Shown one piece after another: positions 28,676 through 38,085 of a DNA stretch of 64,000 bases. The stretch lies in assembly GCA_040006915.1 (NCBI GenBank), contig JBDTWD010000005.1, forward strand, positions 23,394 through 87,393, read 5' to 3'. The DNA comes from Candidatus Woesebacteria bacterium (lineage in GTDB: Bacteria > Patescibacteriota > Microgenomatia > UBA1400 > UBA12028). Position numbers and translations under genes: made by a program. The notes beneath the pieces were generated by a model. That model ran no database searches, was not told the DNA's origin, and saw nothing but the letters and a program-made list of their open reading frames with translations. Every line of letters starts with the position of its first letter. Within the stretch, counting starts at the first letter, position 1.

Positions 28676-28960
28676 ATGCTTGGGTACCTATAAGCCAGAT
28701 TCTGTATTTGTGCAATCATCTATCTAATGCCTGCGACTTTATCACCGAAAAAAGGGAAACGTCCATTGTGGTGAAATTCGTCAGTTGCAGCGGGGAGGAT
28801 TGCCCGTTTCACCCGATACTTAAATCGGCTCGTCTCTGTTGCTCTAACTGTCTTCCGCTAAAAGCGGAACCTCTTGGTATTAACCAAGACACCCTGTTTC
28901 CTGCTGTCTGGACTTTCCTCTCGCCGATATGGCGAGCGACTGCCCGGTACCCAAGCTCTT
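28676..28960 (-). ncRNA. rnpB: RNase P RNA (bacterial, compact)
   Basis: Minus-strand RNA contains GAGGAAAGUCCAGACAGC (P4 5' strand), ACAGAGA, GGGUGAAACGG, and 3' ACAGAAUCUGGCUUAUAGGUACCC (P4 3' strand). The E. coli pair CCGGG/CCCGG is covaried to CCAGA/UCUGG. P1 pairs GCUUGGGUACC at both ends. About 285 nt. Confidence 0.8.
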
Positions 28961-29021
28961 GTATTATAACCCTTTTCGAGGGACAATGAGGCCATAGTAC
29001 TAAAAACCCCAGGAGTTCCTT

Positions 29022-29723
29022 ATGTTTGATCCAGCCGTGTCCTCCTATTCTCTTCAAGATTCTCTCAATGCAAGTGTGACACTTTTTGTTACCCAAATTG
29101 CGGCTTTCCTGCCTCGTTTCTTAGGAGCAATACTTATAGTGATTATTGGAATCTTCATTGCCAGAACTGTTCGCGGTTTGCTCATCGGATCACTGCGACG
29201 CTTAAAACTCTCCGCAAATTTGGAACGGACTCCTTTTGGACAATTCTTACACAATACAGAAGTCAAACACACGGCTGAAGTCGTGGTCAGTAATATTATT
29301 TACTGGATCCTGTTACTGTTTGTTGCTTACACAGCGCTCACAGTCTTAGGTCTTTCCGGCATTTCAGGAATCTTAAATCAAATCCTCCTCTATATTCCCA
29401 AAGTCTTCTCAGCAATCTTGATTCTGATCTTGGGAGTGTTACTTGCAGGTTTTGCCGAAGCATTTGTCAAAGGACTTATCAAGTCAGTTGACTCTCATAC
29501 GGGTCGAATCGTTGGGAAGGTAGCTAGTTACTTAGTCATTGTGCTCTCAGCCATGGCCGCTATCTCAGAGCTTGGAATTGCGCAACAATTTATTCTGATT
29601 CTCTTTACTGGCTTTGTGGTCGCAGTTTCACTCGCACTGGGATTAGCCTTTGGCCTTGGAAGCAAGCACACGGTTGAACGCATGATGTCTGAATGGTATG
29701 ACCGCATGCACAAGGAAGAATAG
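29022..29723 (+). CDS. Polytopic membrane protein with repeated 'conserved TM helix' motifs (mechanosensitive-channel-associated type)
   Basis: 233 aa, 4-5 TM helices, repeated hydrophobic modules. GGAG RBS. Confidence 0.5.
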   Translation: MFDPAVSSYSLQDSLNASVTLFVTQIAAFLPRFLGAILIVIIGIFIARTVRGLLIGSLRRLKLSANLERTPFGQFLHNTEVKHTAEVVVSNIIYWILLLFVAYTALTVLGLSGISGILNQILLYIPKVFSAILILILGVLLAGFAEAFVKGLIKSVDSHTGRIVGKVASYLVIVLSAMAAISELGIAQQFILILFTGFVVAVSLALGLAFGLGSKHTVERMMSEWYDRMHKEE

Positions 29724-29727
29724 CCAA

Positions 29728-30174
29728 CTATGAGCGGGGCTGAACATTCCCACGTCTCTCATTAATAAGAGATTGAACTTTTTCTTCAGTCCACACTGCG
29801 ATTATTTCTTCAAGATCACTTGCATCTATATCTGAGTCAGGACTGTGAACTTCGTCCAGAATCGATTTGATGTGGTCATCATCCGTGAGAAGAGTAAGAA
29901 GCAAAGTTCTGGTTAAATACTCATTCACATACACAGTTACCATTTCAAGTGGTTTCGCAGCTTCATTCAAATATTGTAAGCTTCGAAAAAGGACGTCTTC
30001 GGCACGTTTCCATTGGAGCGCTTCTGTAGCAGCCAAATTGCGATATTCTTGGGCATACGCAAGAAGAACTGCCGGAACTTCTCCTATAATCTCTCGTTCT
30101 TTTCGAATTGCTGAACCACCTAAAACTGCATCAATTCGTCCACGCATCTGCTCTACTTGCTCTTTACTCGGCAT
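29728..30174 (-). CDS. Hypothetical protein co-transcribed downstream of lexA
   Basis: 148 aa. 12-nt gap after the lexA stop. No recognisable domain. Confidence 0.45.
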   Translation of the reverse strand: MPSKEQVEQMRGRIDAVLGGSAIRKEREIIGEVPAVLLAYAQEYRNLAATEALQWKRAEDVLFRSLQYLNEAAKPLEMVTVYVNEYLTRTLLLTLLTDDDHIKSILDEVHSPDSDIDASDLEEIIAVWTEEKVQSLINERRGNVQPRS

Positions 30175-30186
30175 ATTCCCTCTTTC

Positions 30187-30807
30187 TTAGACTGCAAATT
30201 TACGAATGAGTCCCACGCAGCGTCCTTGGATTTTGACACGGGTTGCAAAGATTGGTTGCATCTTGGAGTTCGCTGGCTCCAAACGAATACGTGTGGCTTC
30301 CTTGTAGAACTTCTTTAAGGTAGCAAGACCATTATCCAAGAGAGCGACGACGATATCTCCATTGGCAACATCAATCTGCTCTTCAATGACGACATAGTCT
30401 CCATCCAAAATTCCCTCTTCGATCATTGAGTCACCTTTGACTTGCAAGACATAGGCGCGCTTCTTTCCGGAGATAAGCTCTGGCGAAACTTTAAAGGTCG
30501 CATCAGCGTCTGTGTATGGTTGGATCGGCTGTCCGGCGGCGATGAATCCTAAGAGAGGAAGATCAACAGCATCGGTCAGACGTAAAAACGTGCGATCAAC
30601 GAGTTCGAGACCTCTCACTGTTCCTTCGTACTTCTTTACAACTCCCTTGCGGATCAAGGCAGCAATATGTTCATGTACGGTAGCAAGAGATGACACTCCG
30701 ATTGAATCGGCAATCTCTTGCAATGTCGGAGAAAATCCGTTTTTTTGAATGTATTGGGCAATGAAGTCAACAATTTGGCGTTGGCGCTTGTATAAGGTGA
30801 TAGGCAT
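30187..30807 (-). CDS. lexA: LexA repressor (wHTH + S24 autopeptidase)
   Basis: N-terminal wHTH, cleavage-site AAG, catalytic Ser in VKGDSM and Lys downstream. ATG at 30807 has a GGGAG RBS. Confidence 0.9.
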   Translation of the reverse strand: MPITLYKRQRQIVDFIAQYIQKNGFSPTLQEIADSIGVSSLATVHEHIAALIRKGVVKKYEGTVRGLELVDRTFLRLTDAVDLPLLGFIAAGQPIQPYTDADATFKVSPELISGKKRAYVLQVKGDSMIEEGILDGDYVVIEEQIDVANGDIVVALLDNGLATLKKFYKEATRIRLEPANSKMQPIFATRVKIQGRCVGLIRKFAV

Positions 30808-30996
30808 ATGGGCTCCCTTCGTGACAATAGAATACGAATACAATGGCTGTTTTCCGTAACTTACCCACAATACTCAAAAGAGGTATTCATCGTCAACTGG
30901 ATCTATCCACATCCATATGAATCATTTTGTGTGAAGCTCTTGCATTCACTCCAAAGAACATCGTATTCTGATGATACTCACATCAAAGGAATACCT

Positions 30997-31647
30997 ATGC
31001 GCATACTCAAAATTATATTTCCCCTGCTTTGTTTACTAATCGTTATCGGCTTAAACGGGACTGTCGCTCAAGCAGTTGAAGGAACCTCAGGGATACCGAA
31101 AGCACTCCCGCTTCCCATTCAAATCCCCAATCTTCCTGAGAATTTTAATCCCAGTACAGTCTCACCACAGAGGATGAAAGAACTCGAAAAGAAGTATGGA
31201 GATCAAAATGCTTCCATTAAAGAATTGCAGAAGCGACAACAAGATGAGCTCAAAGCGAAGCGTGAAACAGTCAAAAATGTGTGGAAAATGTGTCAAGAAA
31301 AGATCGCTAGTTACAGAAAAACTCGACTGGCAGCGGCTAAAGCGCTCAGGGAGTCTTCAAACTGCAAATACCAGCCGGTGGATACAACTTTGACTGGAGA
31401 GGCGAAAACTGCTGCGCAAAAGCAAGAAATTCAACGCCTTGCAGATTGTCGGAAAACACTTTTAACAACGCTCACTGATTTTGAAAAAGAGACACGGCTT
31501 CAAGTAATAGTCCTACAAAAAAGTTGCAGCATTGAAACCCAAAAGCCCGTTGTTCTCCGCGCTGCAACTTCGAGCGCAAACGTTCGAGGGATTGAAACAG
31601 ATGAGGTTCCAGTCTATGACTTCACAACTCAGGTGAATGTTCAGTAG
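30997..31647 (+). CDS. Secreted hypothetical protein (signal peptide + coiled coil), divergent from lexA
   Basis: AAAGGA RBS. Signal peptide MRILKIIFPLLCLLIVIGLNGTVAQA. Charged, helical remainder. Confidence 0.5.
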   Translation: MRILKIIFPLLCLLIVIGLNGTVAQAVEGTSGIPKALPLPIQIPNLPENFNPSTVSPQRMKELEKKYGDQNASIKELQKRQQDELKAKRETVKNVWKMCQEKIASYRKTRLAAAKALRESSNCKYQPVDTTLTGEAKTAAQKQEIQRLADCRKTLLTTLTDFEKETRLQVIVLQKSCSIETQKPVVLRAATSSANVRGIETDEVPVYDFTTQVNVQ

Positions 31648-31668
31648 GATGTATGCGATAATAGGTTC

Positions 31669-33786
31669 GTGAAATTTAATTTAAAATCCCCCTACCAGCC
31701 CACCGGTGACCAGCCGCAATGCATTGAGCAGCTCACCACCGGTCTTCAAGAAGACAAGAAAAACCAAGTACTACTTGGAGTGACGGGGAGTGGAAAAACC
31801 TTCACAATCGCCAACGTTATCCAAAAAATTCAACGACCAACTCTGGTTATTGCTCACAATAAAACCTTAGCGGCACAGCTGTATCAAGAGTTTCGTGACT
31901 TCTTTCCAGAAAATGCAGTCAGTTACTTTGTCTCATACTACGACTACTACCAGCCTGAAAGCTACATCCCGAGTACCGACACTTATATCGAGAAAGAAAC
32001 CCAGATTAATGATGAAATTGATAAATTACGTTTGTCATCGACGACAAACCTTTTGACCCGTCCTGACTGCATTGTCGTCGCTTCGGTTTCCTGTATCTAC
32101 AACTTAGGTTCTCCAATCGAATATGGAAAATATATTCTGACGCTGATTGAAGGTGAGCTCATTAGCCGTCAGTCGATCTTGGCCCAACTGGTGAACTTAC
32201 AGTACGAACGCAACGACATAGATCTTGCCCGGGGAAACTTTCGCATTCGCGGTGAAACCATTCAGGTCTGGCCTGCATATGAAGACAATGCTCTGTCTAT
32301 CACTATGCTTGGAAATCAGATTGAGAGTATTGATCGCATCGATCCACTAACAGGGAACAAAATTGAGGGAACATTTTTGGAACGAGATCGAATGAGTGGA
32401 GAAAGAGGAAGTCGCCGCTATATTCTCTACCCTGCCAAGCATTACATGACCAATCCCGTCACTCAAGCAGATTCAATCGCTATGATTGAACGAGATCTAC
32501 AGGAGAGATTGAAGGAATTAAAAGACGCTGGCAAAGTAATTGAAGCATATCGTTTGGAACAGAAAGTTCATTATGATCTTGATATGGTGCAAAACTTGGG
32601 CTTTGTGAATGGAATTGAAAACTATTCTCGCTATTTCGATGGCAGAAATCCAGGTGATCCTCCCTTTACTCTCATGGAATATTTTCATGAAAATGCCAAA
32701 CAGTTTGGTGATGGGTCTTTCCTTACAGTCATTGATGAGTCCCATATCACCATTCCGCAAATTCGCGGCATGTATAACGGTGATCAATCGCGAAAAGGGA
32801 CATTGATTGATTATGGTTTCCGCCTTCCTTCAGCATTAGATAACCGCCCCTTAAAATTTGAAGAGTTTTTGCACAATGTTGATCAGACCATTTATGTTTC
32901 TGCTACTCCAGCTCCTTGGGAATTATCGATGAGTAATGGCGAGGTAGCAGAACAAGTTATCAGACCGACAGGACTGATTGAACCTACGATTGATATTCGC
33001 AAAAGTGAAGGACAAATTGAAGATCTCGTCAAAGAGATTTTTATTCGCACCGCAAAAGGTCAGCGTGTCCTGATTACAACTATTACGAAACGGATGGCTG
33101 AGGTACTCACCGATTATTTAAATGACGAAAAAAAGATGAGAAAAATAGTACCAGACTTTGCATCCAAACTTCCGAAAGTAGCATATCTTCACTCGGATAT
33201 CGTGACGCTTGATCGTTCTGATATTTTAGATGATTTGCGTAGTGGTGTGTACGACGTGCTCGTGGGAATTAACTTGCTGCGTGAAGGACTAGATCTTCCA
33301 GAAGTGACATTGGTAGCCATTCTAGATGCTGACAAAGAAGGATTCTTACGCTCGGCATCTTCTCTGATTCAAATAATGGGCAGAGCTGCCCGTCATCACG
33401 AAGGACATGTGATTTTATATGCGGATCGAGTCACAGGTTCCATGCAACTGGCTTTGGATGAAGTAGAACGACGACGCAAAAAACAACTTGAATTTAACGA
33501 AACCCACGGGATAACTCCTATCACCATTATCAAACCAGTTCGGGAACAACTCATCAAACGAGATCCAAAAGACAAGGATATTGATGTCAAAGGGAAACGA
33601 GGCCTCACTGTCGATTTAAACAAGAAAACCTCGATCAGTATCGACGATCTTGATCCAAATGCCCTCCTTCCAAGTGATCGAGAAAAAATCATCAAACAGT
33701 TAACCAGAAAAATGAATGAAGCGGCAAAAGACTGGAACTTCGAACAGGCTGCGAAATTGCGCGATACGATTGCAAAGCTTTCATAA
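31669..33786 (+). CDS. uvrB: Excinuclease ABC subunit B
   Basis: 705 aa. FKLxSxYQPTGDQP N-terminus, Walker A GVTGSGKT, helicase motifs, C-terminal UVR domain (AAKLRDTIAKL). Confidence 0.95.
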   Translation: MKFNLKSPYQPTGDQPQCIEQLTTGLQEDKKNQVLLGVTGSGKTFTIANVIQKIQRPTLVIAHNKTLAAQLYQEFRDFFPENAVSYFVSYYDYYQPESYIPSTDTYIEKETQINDEIDKLRLSSTTNLLTRPDCIVVASVSCIYNLGSPIEYGKYILTLIEGELISRQSILAQLVNLQYERNDIDLARGNFRIRGETIQVWPAYEDNALSITMLGNQIESIDRIDPLTGNKIEGTFLERDRMSGERGSRRYILYPAKHYMTNPVTQADSIAMIERDLQERLKELKDAGKVIEAYRLEQKVHYDLDMVQNLGFVNGIENYSRYFDGRNPGDPPFTLMEYFHENAKQFGDGSFLTVIDESHITIPQIRGMYNGDQSRKGTLIDYGFRLPSALDNRPLKFEEFLHNVDQTIYVSATPAPWELSMSNGEVAEQVIRPTGLIEPTIDIRKSEGQIEDLVKEIFIRTAKGQRVLITTITKRMAEVLTDYLNDEKKMRKIVPDFASKLPKVAYLHSDIVTLDRSDILDDLRSGVYDVLVGINLLREGLDLPEVTLVAILDADKEGFLRSASSLIQIMGRAARHHEGHVILYADRVTGSMQLALDEVERRRKKQLEFNETHGITPITIIKPVREQLIKRDPKDKDIDVKGKRGLTVDLNKKTSISIDDLDPNALLPSDREKIIKQLTRKMNEAAKDWNFEQAAKLRDTIAKLS

Positions 33787-33788
33787 GA

Positions 33789-34175
33789 TTAAAGTCTTTT
33801 CTCCTCTGAAAAATCCTCCAAACTAGAGACGAATTTCCAATCTCCTTCCCCATCAATCAAAGTAAGCCCAATCCCTGCAGATATCAAAAAAAACTCATAC
33901 GATCCATATATAATAATAATGCACACAGCCATTTCTCTTTCCATTGCTGTTCGCCAGAACGATTCACCATCGTCATCTCTACTCTTTTCACACAAATCGT
34001 TCAACGTATTCCACGCTTTTGAGAATCCCCCAATGAGTCCGTCATTTTCAAGATGTTTTAAAACACGTTGTGAAATGCTTATTTCAGTATCGGTCCCTGA
34101 TAATTTTCGATTTCGGATATATCGTTCGTGGAAAAACCACAGAATTCTTCCTGAAAGTGGAGTCTTTTCCTGCAT
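33789..34175 (-). CDS. Hypothetical protein
   Basis: 128-aa ORF convergent with uvrB. No recognisable motifs. Confidence 0.3.
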   Translation of the reverse strand: MQEKTPLSGRILWFFHERYIRNRKLSGTDTEISISQRVLKHLENDGLIGGFSKAWNTLNDLCEKSRDDDGESFWRTAMEREMAVCIIIIYGSYEFFLISAGIGLTLIDGEGDWKFVSSLEDFSEEKRL

Positions 34176-34205
34176 GGGGTATAGTATATCAAAAACGACT
34201 ACGTC

Positions 34206-35228
34206 TTAATTCTCTTTTGTGCGCAATACTGAATGAATTTCTGGTGAAAATTCTCGAAGTATTACTCGAACGATGATAAATATCGGTATAACAAGTAAGG
34301 CACCTATAACGCTGCCAAAACGCAGCCCTGCCAAGATCAGTACGATTGAGACCAATGGGCTAATACCAACTGTTCGTTTCATTACAAACGGAACGATAAA
34401 GTTATTCTCAATTGATTGAATCAGCCAATATAATAAAGCCGCTAAGACGCCCATAAGCGGAATACCTGTCACCACGTAAGCCACAATCACCGCCGGTATT
34501 GCAGCAATGGTTGGTCCTAAGTTTGGGAGCGCTTCTAAGAAGCCAGCAAGAATGGCCAGCGGCAACGCGTACGGGATCTTCAATAAAGTTAAGCCAACAT
34601 AGGTCATCGTTCCAATCGTCACCATCAATATAAACTCACCTCGAACCCATGTTCCTAACGATTCTTCTATTTCATTAAACAATCTTTGACTTCGCTCTTC
34701 CCGATCCTTGGTTCGAAACAAAAAAGCACTGTATTTGTACAAATGTTCACGTTCCAACAGCAGATACAAGGACATAACTAGGATTGTAAAGAAAGAGAAA
34801 ATGACGGAGAAGGTAGAGGTAATATATGAAAACACCGTTCCAAATGATCCTCCATACGTCGATACGAGCGTAGAGACTTGATCATAGGTAAGTTGCAGCG
34901 ACTTTAAATCTGAAAGGTAAGGAACAGATTGCAGATCAAATTGATGCAACAGATTCAATGTTTGCTCCACTAAAGGTGGAACTAATACTGCAAAGGTAAT
35001 GACAAGTGTCGCTATCAACATCGCATAGACCGACAGCACAGCAGCAACTCGTGAGAATCGTAAACGCTGAAGCCTTAAGACAATAGGGTGTAATGCCGTC
35101 ATCAAAACAAATCCTAAGAGCAATAAAATGACAATATCAAATGTTCGCGATAGGACGAGAAAAAGGAGTCCAAATCCAATAATATACAGGAGAGTTTTGA
35201 CTGAAATTTCAACGCGATAGTTTTGCAT
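34206..35228 (-). CDS. AI-2E family transporter (PerM/YhhT, UPF0118)
   Basis: 340 aa, about 8 TM helices, typical AI-2E topology and conserved C-terminal PLxxIxxIxxA-like motifs. Confidence 0.7.
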   Translation of the reverse strand: MQNYRVEISVKTLLYIIGFGLLFLVLSRTFDIVILLLLGFVLMTALHPIVLRLQRLRFSRVAAVLSVYAMLIATLVITFAVLVPPLVEQTLNLLHQFDLQSVPYLSDLKSLQLTYDQVSTLVSTYGGSFGTVFSYITSTFSVIFSFFTILVMSLYLLLEREHLYKYSAFLFRTKDREERSQRLFNEIEESLGTWVRGEFILMVTIGTMTYVGLTLLKIPYALPLAILAGFLEALPNLGPTIAAIPAVIVAYVVTGIPLMGVLAALLYWLIQSIENNFIVPFVMKRTVGISPLVSIVLILAGLRFGSVIGALLVIPIFIIVRVILREFSPEIHSVLRTKEN

Positions 35229-35229
35229 A

Positions 35230-36129
35230 CTATTTATTGTAGCAGTTTTTTACAAAGCCAAGTACGTCGATTTGTAATGAGGCTGAAGTTGCGTCAAACC
35301 ACTGGATTTGTGGCTCTCGCTTCCACCACTGCATCTGCCGCTTCGCGTACTGAATTTCATGAGTGGTCCAAAGATCGATCAGCTCATCGCCAGAAAGTTC
35401 TCCGCGAACATGTTGTTCTATTTCTTTATATCCTATAGCGGCCTTGGCTTCCAGCTCCCAGCGACGATATTTCTTTTGTATGTTTTCATATTCTTTCACT
35501 GCACCATTTTCCACACGCTCACTCACTCTTCCGGTAATCCGTTTGGCAAGAATTTCTTTCTCTATTTGTAATCCCACCCAAACACAGTCCGACTTCTCCA
35601 GAACGGATTCTTCGAGCGTCGAGGGTACGGGAGATGCTTCAATTTCTATGGCTCGCACCAATCTACGTGGATTCTGACGATCGGACGCATTCATTCTGGC
35701 TAAGCGATCAGCACTCACTTCTTTTTGCAATTGTTCTACCGATAAGTTCTCAAGATATTGCCGCAATGTAGGGTTGACCGGAGTGTGAATGCTTTCCGGT
35801 TGAGAAAAAAGTGAAAGAACATACTGTGGAGTGCCACCGACGATGATTAACAAACGATTTTCTTTTTGAGCATCGGCAATCACGTTCCGGGCATATGCAA
35901 TAAATTGTGAAATCGACCAGTTTTGATCTGGATTTCGGATATCAACTCCAAAAATCCGCGCATTTGTTTCTTCCGTCAAATCCTTACCAGTCACAATATC
36001 TTGATCTCTATATACCTGCTTTGAATCGACCACTAGAATATCAACATCTTTAAAATGTTTAGCCAGAAAAAAAGACAGAGATGTCTTTCCAGATGAAGTT
36101 GGACCGACGATGAGGAGCGGTGGCATCAT
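35230..36129 (-). CDS. miaA: tRNA dimethylallyltransferase
   Basis: P-loop LIVGPTSSGKTSLS at the N-terminus, 299 aa. Overlaps miaB by 4 nt. Confidence 0.85.
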   Translation of the reverse strand: MMPPLLIVGPTSSGKTSLSFFLAKHFKDVDILVVDSKQVYRDQDIVTGKDLTEETNARIFGVDIRNPDQNWSISQFIAYARNVIADAQKENRLLIIVGGTPQYVLSLFSQPESIHTPVNPTLRQYLENLSVEQLQKEVSADRLARMNASDRQNPRRLVRAIEIEASPVPSTLEESVLEKSDCVWVGLQIEKEILAKRITGRVSERVENGAVKEYENIQKKYRRWELEAKAAIGYKEIEQHVRGELSGDELIDLWTTHEIQYAKRQMQWWKREPQIQWFDATSASLQIDVLGFVKNCYNK

Positions 36130-37280
36130 ACGACTTTTGGTCGCACACTTAAGTTATCTTTGTTGATAATTTGATCCAAGATTTCCCAGCGACGTTTTTT
36201 TTCCTTTTGCGGAATGTCATCCGAATACAATTTCCAACCGGCTGTACCAGGACGCGGTGAATATTGAGCCACAAATCCTAGTTTCCAATCCATTTCACGA
36301 GCGAACTCCACCGTTTCATTAAACTCAGCTTCAGTTTCACCGCTAAATCCAACGATAATATCCGTGCCGATAATGACGTCAGGAACGGCTTTACGAAGCT
36401 TACGAATGATTTCACGATAATGCTCTTTAGTATATCCACGATTCATTCGATGTAAGACGCCATTGCTGCCAGATTGAAGCGGAAGGTGAATAAAGCGGTC
36501 AATTTTAGGATTAGTCGCGATTTCATCAATCAAGGAGTCATGGAAGTCCCAAGGGTTACTGGTCAGAAATCGAATCGTTTTAATTTCTGGATATTTTGAT
36601 ATTTCCTGTAAAAGCTTCACAAAGGGAGGAATACCAACTGGTTTTTCATATTGTGAAGAATTGTCAGGAATTTCTTCACGAGTAAATTCCTGCTCTTCTC
36701 GCATCATCATTTTGCGAAGCCCAATTCCCTCTTTTTCCAACCCCCAGCTGTTTACATTTTGTCCAAGCAGGGTAATTTCGCTGTATCCCTCTTTGGCAAG
36801 CCGTTCCACTTCAGTCATGATACTTTCCATAGAACGAGATTGCTCACGTCCACGTGAGTACGGCACAATACAGTAGGTACAAAATGAGTTACAACCGGCT
36901 GAGATTGGAATCCAGGCATGTTTTTTATCTTTACGAACCACAGCACTGTTAAATCCCACTTCATTGATCGGCAGAATCTCGTCAATCATTGGCAGGATTT
37001 CATACAGTTTTTCTTGTCCGTGATGGGTCATGCACCCAGTCAAAATGATCTTCGGCTTAGGTTTTCCGATGGTCTGGAAATGGGTAACAACGTTGTATAA
37101 AAACCCACGCGCTCGATCTTCAGCTGATTGTCGGATTGCGCATGTGTTTACTACAATGTCATCGGCATCGCGCCAATCTGGGGCTTCTGTGTATCCACGA
37201 GCCGCATAATCTCCAGCAACACGCTCGGAATCTGACTTGTTCGACTGGCAACCAAATGTATGAATATAGTATGTCGGCAT
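36126..37280 (-). CDS. miaB: tRNA-2-methylthio-N6-dimethylallyladenosine synthase (radical-SAM methylthiotransferase)
   Basis: UPF0004 N-terminal domain with FGCQSN...C...C cluster, radical-SAM CNSFCTYCIVP, TRAM-like C-terminus. Adjacent to miaA. Confidence 0.8.
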   Translation of the reverse strand: MPTYYIHTFGCQSNKSDSERVAGDYAARGYTEAPDWRDADDIVVNTCAIRQSAEDRARGFLYNVVTHFQTIGKPKPKIILTGCMTHHGQEKLYEILPMIDEILPINEVGFNSAVVRKDKKHAWIPISAGCNSFCTYCIVPYSRGREQSRSMESIMTEVERLAKEGYSEITLLGQNVNSWGLEKEGIGLRKMMMREEQEFTREEIPDNSSQYEKPVGIPPFVKLLQEISKYPEIKTIRFLTSNPWDFHDSLIDEIATNPKIDRFIHLPLQSGSNGVLHRMNRGYTKEHYREIIRKLRKAVPDVIIGTDIIVGFSGETEAEFNETVEFAREMDWKLGFVAQYSPRPGTAGWKLYSDDIPQKEKKRRWEILDQIINKDNLSVRPKVV

Positions 37281-37374
37281 CCCTGTATTTTACCAGAATT
37301 AGCCAAGAACGAACCGCTCAAATCATATTCTTCCCCTTGACCCTTTGGTATTTATCTTTTACCCTTTCTTACTT

Positions 37375-37680
37375 ATGACCAAATATGAAAAATATTACCA
37401 ACAGATGTGGGAAGCGCACAAAGAAGCTCTCTCCGCATTCCAAGATATCCATGACCAATACAAGGCAAAGCAACGAGACATGAAACTCAAAAAAGAATTT
37501 GATGCTGTGGGAAAATCTGCCCGAGCGACTATGGAAGAATGGGATGCAAGATTGTGCCAGCAGATGGAAAAGGGGAAAAACAGTGTTTTTTCTTCGAAAG
37601 TGAGTGAGAAATTCTGGAACGAAGTGAAGAAAGACTTTCCCCTGGTTGATCTGGTAGGAGTTGAAATTAGCTTTGTTTAA
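37375..37680 (+). CDS. Hypothetical small protein
   Basis: 101 aa from the ATG at 37375. Charged and helical. Confidence 0.35.
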   Translation: MTKYEKYYQQMWEAHKEALSAFQDIHDQYKAKQRDMKLKKEFDAVGKSARATMEEWDARLCQQMEKGKNSVFSSKVSEKFWNEVKKDFPLVDLVGVEISFV

Positions 37681-37721
37681 ACTCCAATACTTCTGGGAGA
37701 GAATCTTGCATCAATCATAGA

Positions 37722-38018
37722 CTACAGGAAACTCGTATTCCGCTCCAGAATGGCAAAATGCGTATCTTCACAGTACCAGACTTCTCTTCTGGCGTTAACT
37801 TCAGCTCTTGTAGCTAGCTGCACTCGTTCTTTCTCCTGTTCTGAAGACTCCAAAATTGTCGCTAACTGCACTCGTTCTTTCTTCTGCTCTGGAGATTCCA
37901 ATAATTTAATGCTGTTGGGATATAAGTCCCGAAAAAGCGGTAGGATCGCAATGAAAGCAGGTAGTGTCAGTTTAGGGTCCGTATCAGTCCAAGGCTCTTG
38001 TTCTATCGCAACTGCCAT
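37722..38018 (-). CDS. Hypothetical acidic protein containing a 48-bp in-frame tandem duplication
   Basis: 98 aa. Peptides LESPEQKKERVQLAT / LESSEQEKERVQLAT are encoded by two adjacent 48-bp units. Confidence 0.35.
   Translation of the reverse strand: MAVAIEQEPWTDTDPKLTLPAFIAILPLFRDLYPNSIKLLESPEQKKERVQLATILESSEQEKERVQLATRAEVNARREVWYCEDTHFAILERNTSFL
37813..37908. repeat. 2 x 48-bp tandem direct repeat (about 83% identity), intragenic
   Basis: Units at 37813-37860 and 37861-37908 (GCTAGCTGCACTCGTTCTTTCTCCTGTTCTGAAGACTCCAAAATTGTC vs GCTAACTGCACTCGTTCTTTCTTCTGCTCTGGAGATTCCAATAATTTA). Confidence 0.7.
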
Positions 38019-38085
38019 AGTATCTCCTCATATAGGGTACATTCGATTGTTATCATACACCCGAACCCGAAATATGAAACAAAAT

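Noticed and set aside
28708-29096. ORF-track entries 28708-28989 (+) and 28809-29096 (-)
   Set aside because: They lie entirely within the RNase P RNA gene, and the conserved P4, ACAGARA and P1 elements explain the region. Called as rnpB rather than protein-coding.
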